From contig CANKZG010000001.1 in the NCBI GenBank assembly GCA_947488435.1, positions 734,308-798,307 on the forward strand: 64,000 nucleotides of DNA, in the 5' to 3' direction. The translations under genes were made by a program, and so were the position numbers. Within the stretch, counting starts at the first letter, position 1. Every line of letters begins with the position of its first letter. The notes below the pieces were generated by a model, which was not told the DNA's origin, did not search any database, and was given only the letters and a program-made list of their open reading frames with translations. Shown here one piece after another: positions 21,137-30,319 of this stretch. The stretch comes from an uncultured Flavobacteriaceae bacterium. GTDB lineage: Bacteria; Bacteroidota; Bacteroidia; Flavobacteriales; Flavobacteriaceae.

Positions 21137-21874
21137 ATGATGAAAAGTAAACTTAAAAATCTAGCAACCGACAAGAAAGTAGACATACTGTTTGCTTGTG
21201 AATCTGGAAGTAGGGCCTGGGACTTTGCTTCCCCAGATAGTGATTTTGATGTTAGATTCGTATATACACATCCAATAGACTGGTATTTGTCAATCTCGGA
21301 AAAACAAGATACCATCGATATAATGGATGGTGATTTTGATGCAGTCGGTTGGGAACTCAGAAAGAAGCTACGCTTACTTAAAAAGTCGAACGTACCTGCA
21401 TTGGAGCATTTATTTTCACCTATAATTTATATTGAAGAAAGTTCATCCATTAAGGAACTGCGAGCGATAGCGAAAGATTGCTTTTCTCCTGTAGCTTGTA
21501 TGTATCACTATTTAAGTATGAGCAAAAAATATGAAGAAAAACTGACTGGTGAAACTGTAAAACTAAAGAGTTTGTTTTATGCATTGCGAACAGCTTTGGC
21601 GGGCAAGTGGATACTTGAACACAATACGATGCCACCTGTTGTTTTTAGCAAGATGTTATCTCTTATAAAAAGGGATGAGGCTGACGAAATAAGACACTTG
21701 ATGACTATAAAATCGGAGAATAACGAAAGTTATTTACATTCCAGAAATGAGAAAGTCGTAAACCTTATAGCAAGTGTTTTAGTTGTTAATGAAAAGTTTG
21801 CAAAATCGCTTTCGGGTGGGAAACCTGATACTGATAGAATAGATAGTTTTTTATATAACACTTTGACCAAATGA
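21137..21874 (+). CDS. DNA-polymerase-beta-superfamily nucleotidyltransferase, most likely the RtcB-associated PF10127 (RlaP-like) family
   Basis: 245 aa; GSRAWDFASPDSDFDVRF = G[SG]-x9-13-DxD nucleotidyltransferase motif. Confidence 0.6.
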   Translation: MMKSKLKNLATDKKVDILFACESGSRAWDFASPDSDFDVRFVYTHPIDWYLSISEKQDTIDIMDGDFDAVGWELRKKLRLLKKSNVPALEHLFSPIIYIEESSSIKELRAIAKDCFSPVACMYHYLSMSKKYEEKLTGETVKLKSLFYALRTALAGKWILEHNTMPPVVFSKMLSLIKRDEADEIRHLMTIKSENNESYLHSRNEKVVNLIASVLVVNEKFAKSLSGGKPDTDRIDSFLYNTLTK

Positions 21875-22923
21875 AAACAATAGAAGAACTAAAAGCTTCA
21901 GGAAATATCATATTTGAATGTATTAGCGGTAGTAGAGCATACGGACTCGCTACCGCTTCTTCTGATACCGATATTCGTGGAGTTTTTGTACTGCCAAAAG
22001 AAAAGTATTATTCATTGGAATATGTAGGTCAAATAAATAATGTCACGAACGATATTGTTTATTATGAACTCAAAAAGTTCATAGAACTTCTTTCAAAAAA
22101 CAACCCTAACATTCTTGAATTGTTAAGTGTTCCTGAAGACTGCATACTCTCAAAGCATCCGCTATTCGATAAAGTCAAGTCTGAGTACTTTCTTTCAAGA
22201 TTGTGCAAAGACACCTTTGCGAATTACGCTTTTACCCAAATAAAAAAGGCAAGAGGATTGAAGAAAAAAATAGTTAATCCTGTTGAAAAAGAACGAAAAT
22301 ATGTTACTGACTTTTGTTTTGTTCGAAAAGAAAAGGGCGCTATGCCTTTGAATACTTTTTTAGAAAATGAAGGTTTCGAAGTGGACCATTGTGGATTGGC
22401 TAAAATAAGTCACATGAAAGATTGTTACAATCTCTTCTACAACCCTTCTATGAAGTATAGTGGCGTTGCAAGAGAAAATGCGAATGAAGTCTGCCTTAGT
22501 TCTATTCCAAAATCGGAAGTGCCAGCGGCTATTTTATATTTCAATCGAGATGGTTATTCATCCTATTGTAAAAAGTATAAAGAGTATTGGTCTTGGGTAG
22601 AAAAGAGAAATGATGAACGTTACAAGAGTAATATCTCACATAGCAAGAACTACGATGCTAAAAACATGATGCACACTTTTCGTCTTTTACATATGGCCAA
22701 AGAAATAGGGGCTGATAATAAAATTATGGTAAAAAGACCAGACCGAGATTTTCTGCTAGCTGTAAAAAATGCTGAATTCGAATATGAAGAGTTGGTAGAA
22801 AGAGCTGAAAAGTTAAAATCAGAATTGGAGGTTACATATGAAAAAGCTGATTTAATGGAACGCCCAGACTTGGATATAATAAATGAACTATTGGTTGAAA
22901 TAAGAGCTCAATTCTACGAATAA
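21871..22923 (+). CDS. second PF10127-like nucleotidyltransferase (paralog; ATGA overlap with upstream gene)
   Basis: 350 aa; ISGSRAYGLATASSDTDIRGVFVLP motif; extra C-terminal helical domain. Confidence 0.6.
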   Translation: MKTIEELKASGNIIFECISGSRAYGLATASSDTDIRGVFVLPKEKYYSLEYVGQINNVTNDIVYYELKKFIELLSKNNPNILELLSVPEDCILSKHPLFDKVKSEYFLSRLCKDTFANYAFTQIKKARGLKKKIVNPVEKERKYVTDFCFVRKEKGAMPLNTFLENEGFEVDHCGLAKISHMKDCYNLFYNPSMKYSGVARENANEVCLSSIPKSEVPAAILYFNRDGYSSYCKKYKEYWSWVEKRNDERYKSNISHSKNYDAKNMMHTFRLLHMAKEIGADNKIMVKRPDRDFLLAVKNAEFEYEELVERAEKLKSELEVTYEKADLMERPDLDIINELLVEIRAQFYE

Positions 22924-22929
22924 ATTTTA

Positions 22930-22950
22930 CTACGCAAAATAATTGCGCAC
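22930..22950. promoter_or_regulatory. palindrome copy 2 (CTACGCA-aaataat-TGCGCAC, slightly degenerate) between NTase-2 and rtcB
   Basis: 19/21 identical to the copy at 21084. Confidence 0.35.
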
Positions 22951-23040
22951 ATGAGTCGCAAGTTTGTACCGGAATCATAAAGAAGCCGGTTCGCCGACTT
23001 CATGTAGTGCCCCGTCGAACGTTGGAGTCGGTGGGGCTAA

Positions 23041-24908
<1,868 letters not shown>

Positions 24909-25058
24909 AATTATTCTCATATTTGCAACTGGATAAATAAATATAACAAGAGAAAATAGTAAAATATGCCAGATTATTTAAATCACATACCGGACGCTAA
25001 GAAGCTAGGATTGCATCGAATTGATGGGTAGACACTATTGAGAAAACGATACATTACT

Positions 25059-25088
25059 AGAGCGTCCAAGAAATTAGGCGCTTTTTTT
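25059..25088 (+). terminator. rho-independent terminator after the rtcB operon
   Basis: AGAGCGTCC-aagaaatta-GGCGCT followed by TTTTTTTT; homologous to the terminator at 28484. Confidence 0.5.
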
Positions 25089-25264
25089 TATATACATTTT
25101 TTAGAGAATTCTCAAAATTCTAAAAGAATGCTATTTGAAAGCTAAGCATTTGAAAAACAGCAAATTGATGAATTATGCTGCTATCTGTTAAACAACGGAC
25201 CAGGATACTTATGTTTTGATTTTATTATAACTAATTGATAATCAGTAATTTAAATTATATTTTC

Positions 25265-25295
25265 TTGTGTAATCCAAAAATCCGTTTTAGCTTTG
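25265..25295 (+). promoter_or_regulatory. Bacteroidetes sigmaA-type promoter (-33 TTG ... -7 TAgcTTTG), cassette A
   Basis: TTG at 25265-25267, 20-nt spacer, TAGCTTTG at 25288-25295; the whole block is duplicated at 28701-28731. Confidence 0.45.
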
Positions 25296-25299
25296 CATC

Positions 25300-25474
25300 G
25301 CAATACAGCAACAAAATTTATTAACTGAAGTATATATGACTTTTTCAAACACATATCAGAATACACTAAAAGCACCAGGTGCTTTATTAGTGTCGCTTCA
25401 GGACTTCTATAATACATAAAGCTACTATAGTTAATGATAGAAAGTCCGAAGCCCTAAAGTTTCGGACTTTTTTA
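25300..25474 (+). ncRNA. candidate leader / small RNA A (~170 nt) ending in a terminator-like hairpin upstream of rtcB2-prfH
   Basis: Promoter-to-hairpin unit; hairpin AGTCCGAA-gccctaaagt-TTCGGACT + TTTTT at 25443-25474; no ORF; 5' ~80 nt homologous to cassette B. Confidence 0.35.
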
Positions 25475-25576
25475 TGCTCTAATTTTTAGTGACACATCTT
25501 TCCGAAACATTTTATCAAATCAAGTATTGCTCTTCCATTTTTGGAACAGCCGTACTATTCCTTAAAATGAAATCTC

Positions 25577-26968
25577 ATGGGAAAGAAATTAAGCGGAAAG
25601 GACCTAATCAAATTGGGTTTTCCAAAGAACAATAGTATCAATATTACATTAGGTCAAATCAATAGATACCATAAGCGAAAAAATAAAGAGCAGGTATTGA
25701 TGGAAGCTAAAAAAGTATTGTTGCATCCTGAGGACTATCAAGGTGATGGGGTTTGGGGTAAGATAGCAGAAAGCTTGTTAGATCCAGTTGTGGTCAAAAA
25801 ACAAGTGCTGAATTCGGCAAGAGCACCTTTCCAAATCTATGGCGAGAACGAAATAGAGGAGCAAGCAAAATACCAATTGTATGATGCTTTAAAACTTCCG
25901 ATTTCTGTTGCTGGGGCTTTGATGCCCGATGCCCATAGTGGTTATGGCTTGCCTATCGGGGGTGTTTTGGCTACTAAGAATGCGGTGATTCCATATGGAG
26001 TTGGTGTTGATATCGGTTGTCGCATGTGTTTGACTATTTATCCGATTCCGGTTTCTTACCTCAAAGGAAAGAAACATCAATTGGCAAATATGCTCTCGGA
26101 GCATACCAAGTTCGGAATGCGGGAAACCCATAAGATAAAGCATGACCACGAAATCTTTGAGCGCGATGAATTTAAAAATATTCCGCTGATAAAAAGATTA
26201 AAGGATAAAGCGTACAAGCAATTGGGAACCTCAGGTGGTGGAAATCACTTTGTAGAATTCGGAAAGGTCACTATTACAGATGACGAGAACGAATGGGGGT
26301 TGAAATTGGGCGAATATCTAGGTGTGCTTTCCCATAGTGGTTCAAGAGGATTAGGTGCAAACATTGCAAAACATTACACCTATTTGGCAACAAAGCAATG
26401 TCCGTTACCCAAACATGTGCAGCATTTGGCATGGTTGGATTTGAATACCCATGACGGACAAGAATATTGGTTAGCTATGAATCTAGCAGGTGATTATGCA
26501 AAAGCATGTCACGATGATATTCACGCAAGACTAGCGAAACTTTTGGGTACAAAACCAGTAGTTAAAATAGATAACCATCACAATTTTGCTTGGAAACAAG
26601 AGGTAAATGGTGCCGAGTGTATTGTGCATAGAAAGGGAGCAACTCCCGCCGCTAAAGGCGAGTTGGGAATTATTCCTGGGTCAATGACAGCATCGGGTTA
26701 CATCGTAAAAGGTTTGGGCAATACAGAGAGTTTAAACTCTGCTTCCCATGGTGCTGGACGGCTTTTTTCAAGACGAAAGTGTAAAGAAACGTTTACACGA
26801 AGCGAAATTAAAAAGCAACTAGACTCAAATGAGGTAACACTAATTGGTGGAGGAATTGACGAAGCACCCATGGCCTACAAAAACATTGAAAAGGTCATGG
26901 CAAATCAACAAGAATTGGTTGAAGTACTCGGAACCTTTACACCCAAAATAGTACGAATGGATAAATAA
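25577..26968 (+). CDS. rtcB: RtcB-family RNA ligase (paralog 2, RtcB2-like, paired with prfH)
   Basis: 463 aa; DAHSGYGLPIGG, GGGNHFVEFG, SHSGSRGLG, NHHNFAW, SHGAGRLFS. Confidence 0.85.
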   Translation: MGKKLSGKDLIKLGFPKNNSINITLGQINRYHKRKNKEQVLMEAKKVLLHPEDYQGDGVWGKIAESLLDPVVVKKQVLNSARAPFQIYGENEIEEQAKYQLYDALKLPISVAGALMPDAHSGYGLPIGGVLATKNAVIPYGVGVDIGCRMCLTIYPIPVSYLKGKKHQLANMLSEHTKFGMRETHKIKHDHEIFERDEFKNIPLIKRLKDKAYKQLGTSGGGNHFVEFGKVTITDDENEWGLKLGEYLGVLSHSGSRGLGANIAKHYTYLATKQCPLPKHVQHLAWLDLNTHDGQEYWLAMNLAGDYAKACHDDIHARLAKLLGTKPVVKIDNHHNFAWKQEVNGAECIVHRKGATPAAKGELGIIPGSMTASGYIVKGLGNTESLNSASHGAGRLFSRRKCKETFTRSEIKKQLDSNEVTLIGGGIDEAPMAYKNIEKVMANQQELVEVLGTFTPKIVRMDK

Positions 26969-27060
26969 CAGATAGTAGTTAGCGACGGTATTTATAAAGC
27001 ATATTGAAAACCTAAGATTATTGGAATACCAACGCTAGCTACTTCTTTTAAAGAAATAAA

Positions 27061-27753
27061 ATGGAAAAGATAATTCAAATAACAACAGGTAGAGGCCCAG
27101 CGGAATGTAGCTGGGTCGTTGCCAAAGTACTCAAGCGATTTTTGGAAGAGACCAAATCGAGAGGATTTAAACATAGTATCCTCCATCGAGAAACAGGAAG
27201 CCAAAACGGGACAGTACAATCGGTGACTATCCGCTTGACAGGAAAAAATATGGAAGCATTTTTAGCAACTTGGTTGGGTACTATTCAGTGGATAGGCGTT
27301 TCAACATTTCGAAAATACCATAAACGAAAGAATTGGTTTATCGGGGCTTTCGAATTGAAACAAACGCAAACTACGAAAGTGGATGAGCGAGATATTTCGT
27401 TTCAAACCATGCGGAGCACCGGTCCTGGTGGCCAGAATATCAACAAGATTAATTCTGCTGTTCGGGCAATTCATACCCCCACAGGAGTACAAGTAGTTGC
27501 GATGGATAGTCGTTCTCAACATCAAAACAAAAAACTAGCAATAGCTCGGTTAAAAGAAAAAGTAAATGAAGCTAACCTAGAGCAGTTAAAGGGAAGCATG
27601 ACAGATCAATGGGAGAACCATTTGAATCTGCAACGAGGAAATCCGGTCCGAGTTTTTAAGGGTACAGATTTCAAACATCAAAAAGTGGATAAAAGTTATA
27701 AACCAAAACGGCAAAAGCTAAAAAACGATTTCAAACATCAAAAATGGGACTGA
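27061..27753 (+). CDS. prfH: peptide chain release factor H (RF-H)
   Basis: 230 aa class-I release-factor GGQ-domain protein (STGPGGQNINK) lacking a full codon-recognition domain; immediately downstream of an RtcB paralog as in the E. coli rtcB2-prfH pair. Confidence 0.75.
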   Translation: MEKIIQITTGRGPAECSWVVAKVLKRFLEETKSRGFKHSILHRETGSQNGTVQSVTIRLTGKNMEAFLATWLGTIQWIGVSTFRKYHKRKNWFIGAFELKQTQTTKVDERDISFQTMRSTGPGGQNINKINSAVRAIHTPTGVQVVAMDSRSQHQNKKLAIARLKEKVNEANLEQLKGSMTDQWENHLNLQRGNPVRVFKGTDFKHQKVDKSYKPKRQKLKNDFKHQKWD

Positions 27754-28298
27754 CAATAGCCGATACTTATTACTTAAAGGCACGAGCAGCAATGGGAGGT
27801 TTTTGCCCTGATTGGGACGAAGTTTGTGAATCACTGAACTACGCCCTGTCTTACGATGAAAATCATTGTGCCTCCCTTTGTCTTTTAGGTAAAGTTTATG
27901 CAGGAAATTTGAATCAGTATACTGAAGCTTTCGATTGCTTTGACAAAGTAATTGCAATTGACAGTTACTATATGGATGTCTATCCTGCCTACGCAAAATA
28001 TCTTATTTGGGCCGATGAAATTGAAAGAGCAACTAAACTAATTGCTTTTGCTCTTACCATAAAAGGGATATCAAAAGGAAGTTTATTTTGGCTTTCCGCG
28101 TATGCGTCTGAAACCAAGGAAGCTTATAAAGATGCTCTGAAACATCTTAACAAAGCTAAGAAGTATTCCTATAATGACGATTACTTTTCTTTCATTGAAG
28201 ATGAAGAAAATAGAATTAAAAAGAAATTGAAATTGGATAAATCCAAAGTAAAAAAGAAGAAATCTTCATCTAAAAAAAAGAAGAAAAAGAATAAATAG
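27744..28298 (+). CDS. TPR-like protein with C-terminal poly-lysine tail
   Basis: 184 aa; helical repeats; ends KKKLKLDKSKVKKKKSSSKKKKKKNK encoded by A-rich tracts; overlaps prfH stop by 10 nt. Confidence 0.5.
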   Translation: MGLTIADTYYLKARAAMGGFCPDWDEVCESLNYALSYDENHCASLCLLGKVYAGNLNQYTEAFDCFDKVIAIDSYYMDVYPAYAKYLIWADEIERATKLIAFALTIKGISKGSLFWLSAYASETKEAYKDALKHLNKAKKYSYNDDYFSFIEDEENRIKKKLKLDKSKVKKKKSSSKKKKKKNK

Positions 28299-28483
28299 TA
28301 GTAACACAACGTTTAAAAATAACATCTTTGTAAAACAAATGACACCGAGAAAGTTACATATCATCCAACAAATAGAGCTTTGGCTCTGCGATTTTCGCTC
28401 AGAATATAGTGAGCGAAACGGGCGCTATGTGACTTTATCCAACAGTTGATTCTATGTAAATCACTTATTAAACGATAAAATGA

Positions 28484-28514
28484 AAGCGTCCAATTACAAT
28501 TGGGCGCTTTTTTT
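28484..28514 (+). terminator. rho-independent terminator after the prfH operon
   Basis: AAGCGTCCAATT-ac-AATTGGGCGCTT followed by TTTTTTT. Confidence 0.55.
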
Positions 28515-28700
28515 GTGGAATTTTTTAAAGTAAAATGCGAAAAGTAGTAAACGAATAAAATAGCGTAGTTGAAACAGAAAACAATTGGTAGACAGACAGT
28601 TGTAATAAATGTTTAAAGTCCGCAATATGACGGACAGGGATTCTATTGTTCATATTTTAATTTAACTATCTGATTATCAATAAATTAAATTAATTTTTTC

Positions 28701-28731
28701 TTGTATAATTTAAAAATCGTTTTCATCTTTG
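28701..28731 (+). promoter_or_regulatory. Bacteroidetes-type promoter, cassette B (-33 TTG ... CATCTTTG)
   Basis: Same spacing (20 nt) and flanks as cassette A; sits upstream of the tRNA array. Confidence 0.4.
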
Positions 28732-28737
28732 CACCGT

Positions 28738-28948
28738 CATAAATTATAAACCCATTACCAATGGAATCTTTAAAAAGACATATACAATTATTGGAACTAC
28801 ATCTCTGTTCGCCGAAATGGTTTGAACGGTTTTATAGTGATCAACTGTCCATTTGTAAACAAAGGAGAAATACGTGTATCATGTGTTGACGTCATAGACA
28901 CCATTCACATATGTACAGAGCATCTCCGATAAAGAGGTGCTTTTTTTA
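28738..28948 (+). ncRNA. candidate leader / small RNA B (~200 nt) ending in a hairpin + T7 tract 22 nt before the first tRNA
   Basis: Hairpin GCATCTC-cgataaa-GAGGTGC + TTTTTTT at 28920-28948; 5' part homologous to leader A. Confidence 0.35.
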
Positions 28949-28969
28949 TGCGATTATTTTTTGAAAAAA

Positions 28970-29057
28970 GGAAGAGCAAGCCAAAGGGCGGTGGCCACAC
29001 TCTTGAAAAGTGTTCGGAGTAACCAGTCTCGTGTGGGTTCGACTCCCACCTCTTCCG
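28970..29057 (+). tRNA. tRNA-Ser(TGA), class II
   Basis: Hand-folded: acceptor GGAAGAG/CTCTTCC, anticodon arm ACACT-CTTGAAA-AGTGT, long variable arm, T-arm GTGGG-TTCGACT-CCCAC, G73; 88 nt. Confidence 0.8.
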
Positions 29058-29062
29058 CAACT

Positions 29063-29149
29063 GGAGGGTAGGCAAATACTGGTTTGTTGCGCTCGCCTGC
29101 TAAGCAAGTCTACCATAAGGTAGTGAAGGTTCAATTCCTTTGCCCTCCG
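29063..29149 (+). tRNA. tRNA-Ser(GCT), class II; the only array member with an encoded CCA
   Basis: Acceptor GGAGGGT/GCCCTCC (one G-U), loop CTGCTAA, variable-arm hairpin CTACC-ataa-GGTAG, G73 then CCA; one C-A mismatch in anticodon stem. Confidence 0.7.
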
Positions 29150-29156
29150 CCAAATT

Positions 29157-29229
29157 GACAAGGTGGCTGAATAGTTAAGGCAATGGTCTGCAAAATCATT
29201 TTTTATGAGTTCGAATCTCATCCTTGTCT
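29157..29229 (+). tRNA. tRNA-Cys(GCA)
   Basis: 73 nt; acceptor GACAAGG/CCTTGTC, loop CTGCAAA, T-arm ATGAG-TTCGAAT-CTCAT, U73 (Cys identity). Confidence 0.8.
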
Positions 29230-29240
29230 CTAAATATTAT

Positions 29241-29323
29241 GGAAGTATTGAGCAATTGGCTGGCTCGCTTGACTGTAAATCAGGTTCAGAAATGACATGT
29301 AGGTTCGAGTCCTGCTGCTTCCA
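29241..29323 (+). tRNA. tRNA-Tyr(GTA), class II
   Basis: Acceptor GGAAGTA/TGCTTCC, anticodon arm CTTGA-CTGTAAA-TCAGG, long variable arm, A73. Confidence 0.75.
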
Positions 29324-29327
29324 CAAC

Positions 29328-29398
29328 GCGTCTGTGGTGTAATGGTAGCATTTGGGTCTCCAAAACCTATGATTGAGGTTCGAATCCTTAAGGACGCG
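29328..29398 (+). tRNA. tRNA-Trp(CCA)
   Basis: Anticodon arm TGGGT-CTCCAAA-ACCTA as in E. coli tRNA-Trp, T-arm TGAGG-TTCGAAT-CCTTA, G73; one mismatch at the acceptor-stem base. Confidence 0.65.
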
Positions 29399-29401
29399 CA
29401 A

Positions 29402-29474
29402 AGTACCGTAGTTCAAAGGCTAGAGCGCCCGACTGTCTATCGGGAAGGTACGGGTTCGAGTCCCGTCGGTACTG
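29402..29474 (+). tRNA. tRNA-Asp(GTC) with unusual U37
   Basis: Acceptor AGTACCG/CGGTACT, anticodon arm CCCGA-CTGTCTA-TCGGG, T-arm ACGGG-TTCGAGT-CCCGT resembles E. coli tRNA-Asp; G73. Confidence 0.65.
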
Positions 29475-29479
29475 CGAAA

Positions 29480-29552
29480 CTGGGAAGATAACGGTGGTTA
29501 GTTTACCCGCTTTGGAAGCGGGAGGTCGCAAGTTCGAATCTTGCTTCCCAGA
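29480..29552 (+). tRNA. tRNA-Pro(TGG)
   Basis: Acceptor CTGGGAA/TTCCCAG, anticodon arm CCCGC-TTTGGAA-GCGGG, T-arm GCAAG-TTCGAAT-CTTGC, A73; only 5 nt after tRNA-Asp. Confidence 0.8.
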
Positions 29553-29614
29553 CGACTTAGTCAAATCAAGTTTACTTGAATTTGATTAGCAAGGAGTAGT
29601 TGTAAGAAAGACGA

Positions 29615-29636
29615 AGTCAATCTTGCTTCTCAGACT
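29615..29636 (+). pseudogene. 3' remnant of tRNA-Pro (T-loop 3' half + acceptor 3' strand), direct repeat of 29531-29552
   Basis: AGTCAATCTTGCTTCTCAGAC vs GTTCGAATCTTGCTTCCCAGAC (17/20). Confidence 0.5.
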
Positions 29637-29639
29637 TTT

Positions 29640-29712
29640 GCTCTGTTCGTATAATGGTTAAGTACGCCTGACTTTCTATCAGGAAATAGGGGTTCGATTC
29701 CCCTACAGAGTA
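29640..29712 (+). tRNA. tRNA-Glu(TTC) with unusual U37
   Basis: Acceptor GCTCTGT/ACAGAGT (G1-U72), D-stem CGTA/TACG, anticodon arm CCTGA-CTTTCTA-TCAGG, T-arm AGGGG-TTCGATT-CCCCT. Confidence 0.65.
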
Positions 29713-29717
29713 CAAAA

Positions 29718-29790
29718 TGAGGTATAACTCAGTTGGTAGAGTACCGTGCTTTTAACACGGGAGTCTTAGGTTCGAGTCCTAATGCCTCAA
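29718..29790 (+). tRNA. tRNA-Lys(TTT)
   Basis: U1-A72 acceptor TGAGGTA/TGCCTCA, D-arm ACTC-AGTTGGTA-GAGT, anticodon arm CCGTG-CTTTTAA-CACGG, A73. Confidence 0.75.
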
Positions 29791-29795
29791 CAATT

Positions 29796-29868
29796 GCAGG
29801 GATGGCGAAATGGCAAACGCAGCTGGTTTAGAACCAGTACTCTGAGAGTTCGAATCTCTCTCCCTGTA
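29796..29868 (+). tRNA. type-I tRNA with Leu anticodon TAG (Leu-like D-arm, variable arm only 5 nt)
   Basis: Acceptor GCAGGGA/TCCCTGT, D-arm GCG-AAATGGCAAA-CGC (Leu-like), anticodon arm GCTGG-TTTAGAA-CCAGT, variable ACTCT, T-arm GAGAG-TTCGAAT-CTCTC, A73. Confidence 0.5.
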
Positions 29869-29875
29869 CTATGAT

Positions 29876-29949
29876 GCCCCACTAGCCCAACCGGCAGAGG
29901 CAAAGGACTTAAAATCCTTAAAGTCCAAGTTCGAATCTTGGGTGGGGTA
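29876..29949 (+). tRNA. type-I tRNA with Leu anticodon TAA (variable arm 5 nt)
   Basis: Anticodon arm AAGGA-CTTAAAA-TCCTT nearly identical to E. coli tRNA-Leu(UAA) arm, but variable region only AAAGT; T-arm CCAAG-TTCGAAT-CTTGG, A73. Confidence 0.5.
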
Positions 29950-29954
29950 CAAAT

Positions 29955-30079
29955 AAGCTTATGGTGTAATGGATAGCACGCAGGATTTAACTCACGCTCT
30001 TTTTACTTGAAATAAGGAGTTCGTGAATGCAGAAAAGCATTTCTAACCCTGAGGTATGAGTTCAAATCTTGTTAGGCTT
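29955..30079 (+). ncRNA. tRNA-like element (125 nt): canonical acceptor/D-arm/T-arm with a ~60-nt insertion in the anticodon region
   Basis: 5' AAGCTTA-TG-GTG..CAC D-arm (11-mer TGGTGTAATGG shared with tRNA-Trp); 3' ATGAG-TTCAAAT-CTTGT T-arm + TAGGCTT acceptor strand pairing 7/7 (one G-U) with the 5' end; split CAGG/CCTG anticodon stem. Confidence 0.3.
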
Positions 30080-30085
30080 GCAAAT

Positions 30086-30157
30086 AGACCCGTGATGTAA
30101 CGGTTAGCATACAAGGTTTTGATCCTTGTTGTAAAGGTTCAAATCCTTTCGGGTCTT
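30086..30157 (+). tRNA. tRNA-Gln(TTG)
   Basis: Acceptor AGACCCG/CGGGTCT 7/7, D-stem ATGT/GCAT, anticodon arm CAAGG-TTTTGAT-CCTTG, T-arm AAAGG-TTCAAAT-CCTTT. Confidence 0.7.
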
Positions 30158-30162
30158 CAAAT

Positions 30163-30236
30163 GGTGTCTCTAGCTTATTTTGGTAAAGCGTCCCACTGTG
30201 AATGGGAAGAACAGGGTTCGAGTCCCCGAGTACACC
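30163..30236 (+). tRNA. tRNA-His(GTG) with encoded G-1 pairing C73
   Basis: Anticodon arm TCCCA-CTGTGAA-TGGGA, D-stem GCTT/AAGC, extra 5' G opposite C73 (His hallmark); two mismatches near the acceptor-stem base. Confidence 0.6.
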
Positions 30237-30242
30237 CAAAAG

Positions 30243-30315
30243 GGAACAGTAGCAAAGATGATCAATGCGGCGGATTGAAGATCCGACGATACAGGTTCGA
30301 GTCCTGTCTGTTCCA
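30243..30315 (+). tRNA. tRNA-Phe(GAA)
   Basis: Acceptor GGAACAG/CTGTTCC 7/7, anticodon arm GCGGA-TTGAAGA-TCCGA, T-arm ACAGG-TTCGAGT-CCTGT, A73. Confidence 0.7.
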
Positions 30316-30319
30316 CAAC

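Noticed and set aside
25236-25244. TGATAATCA / TGATTATCA in cassettes A and B as FNR boxes
   Set aside because: Half-site spacing is N1, not N4, so it does not fit the FNR/CRP consensus; retained only as a conserved near-palindrome of unknown factor.
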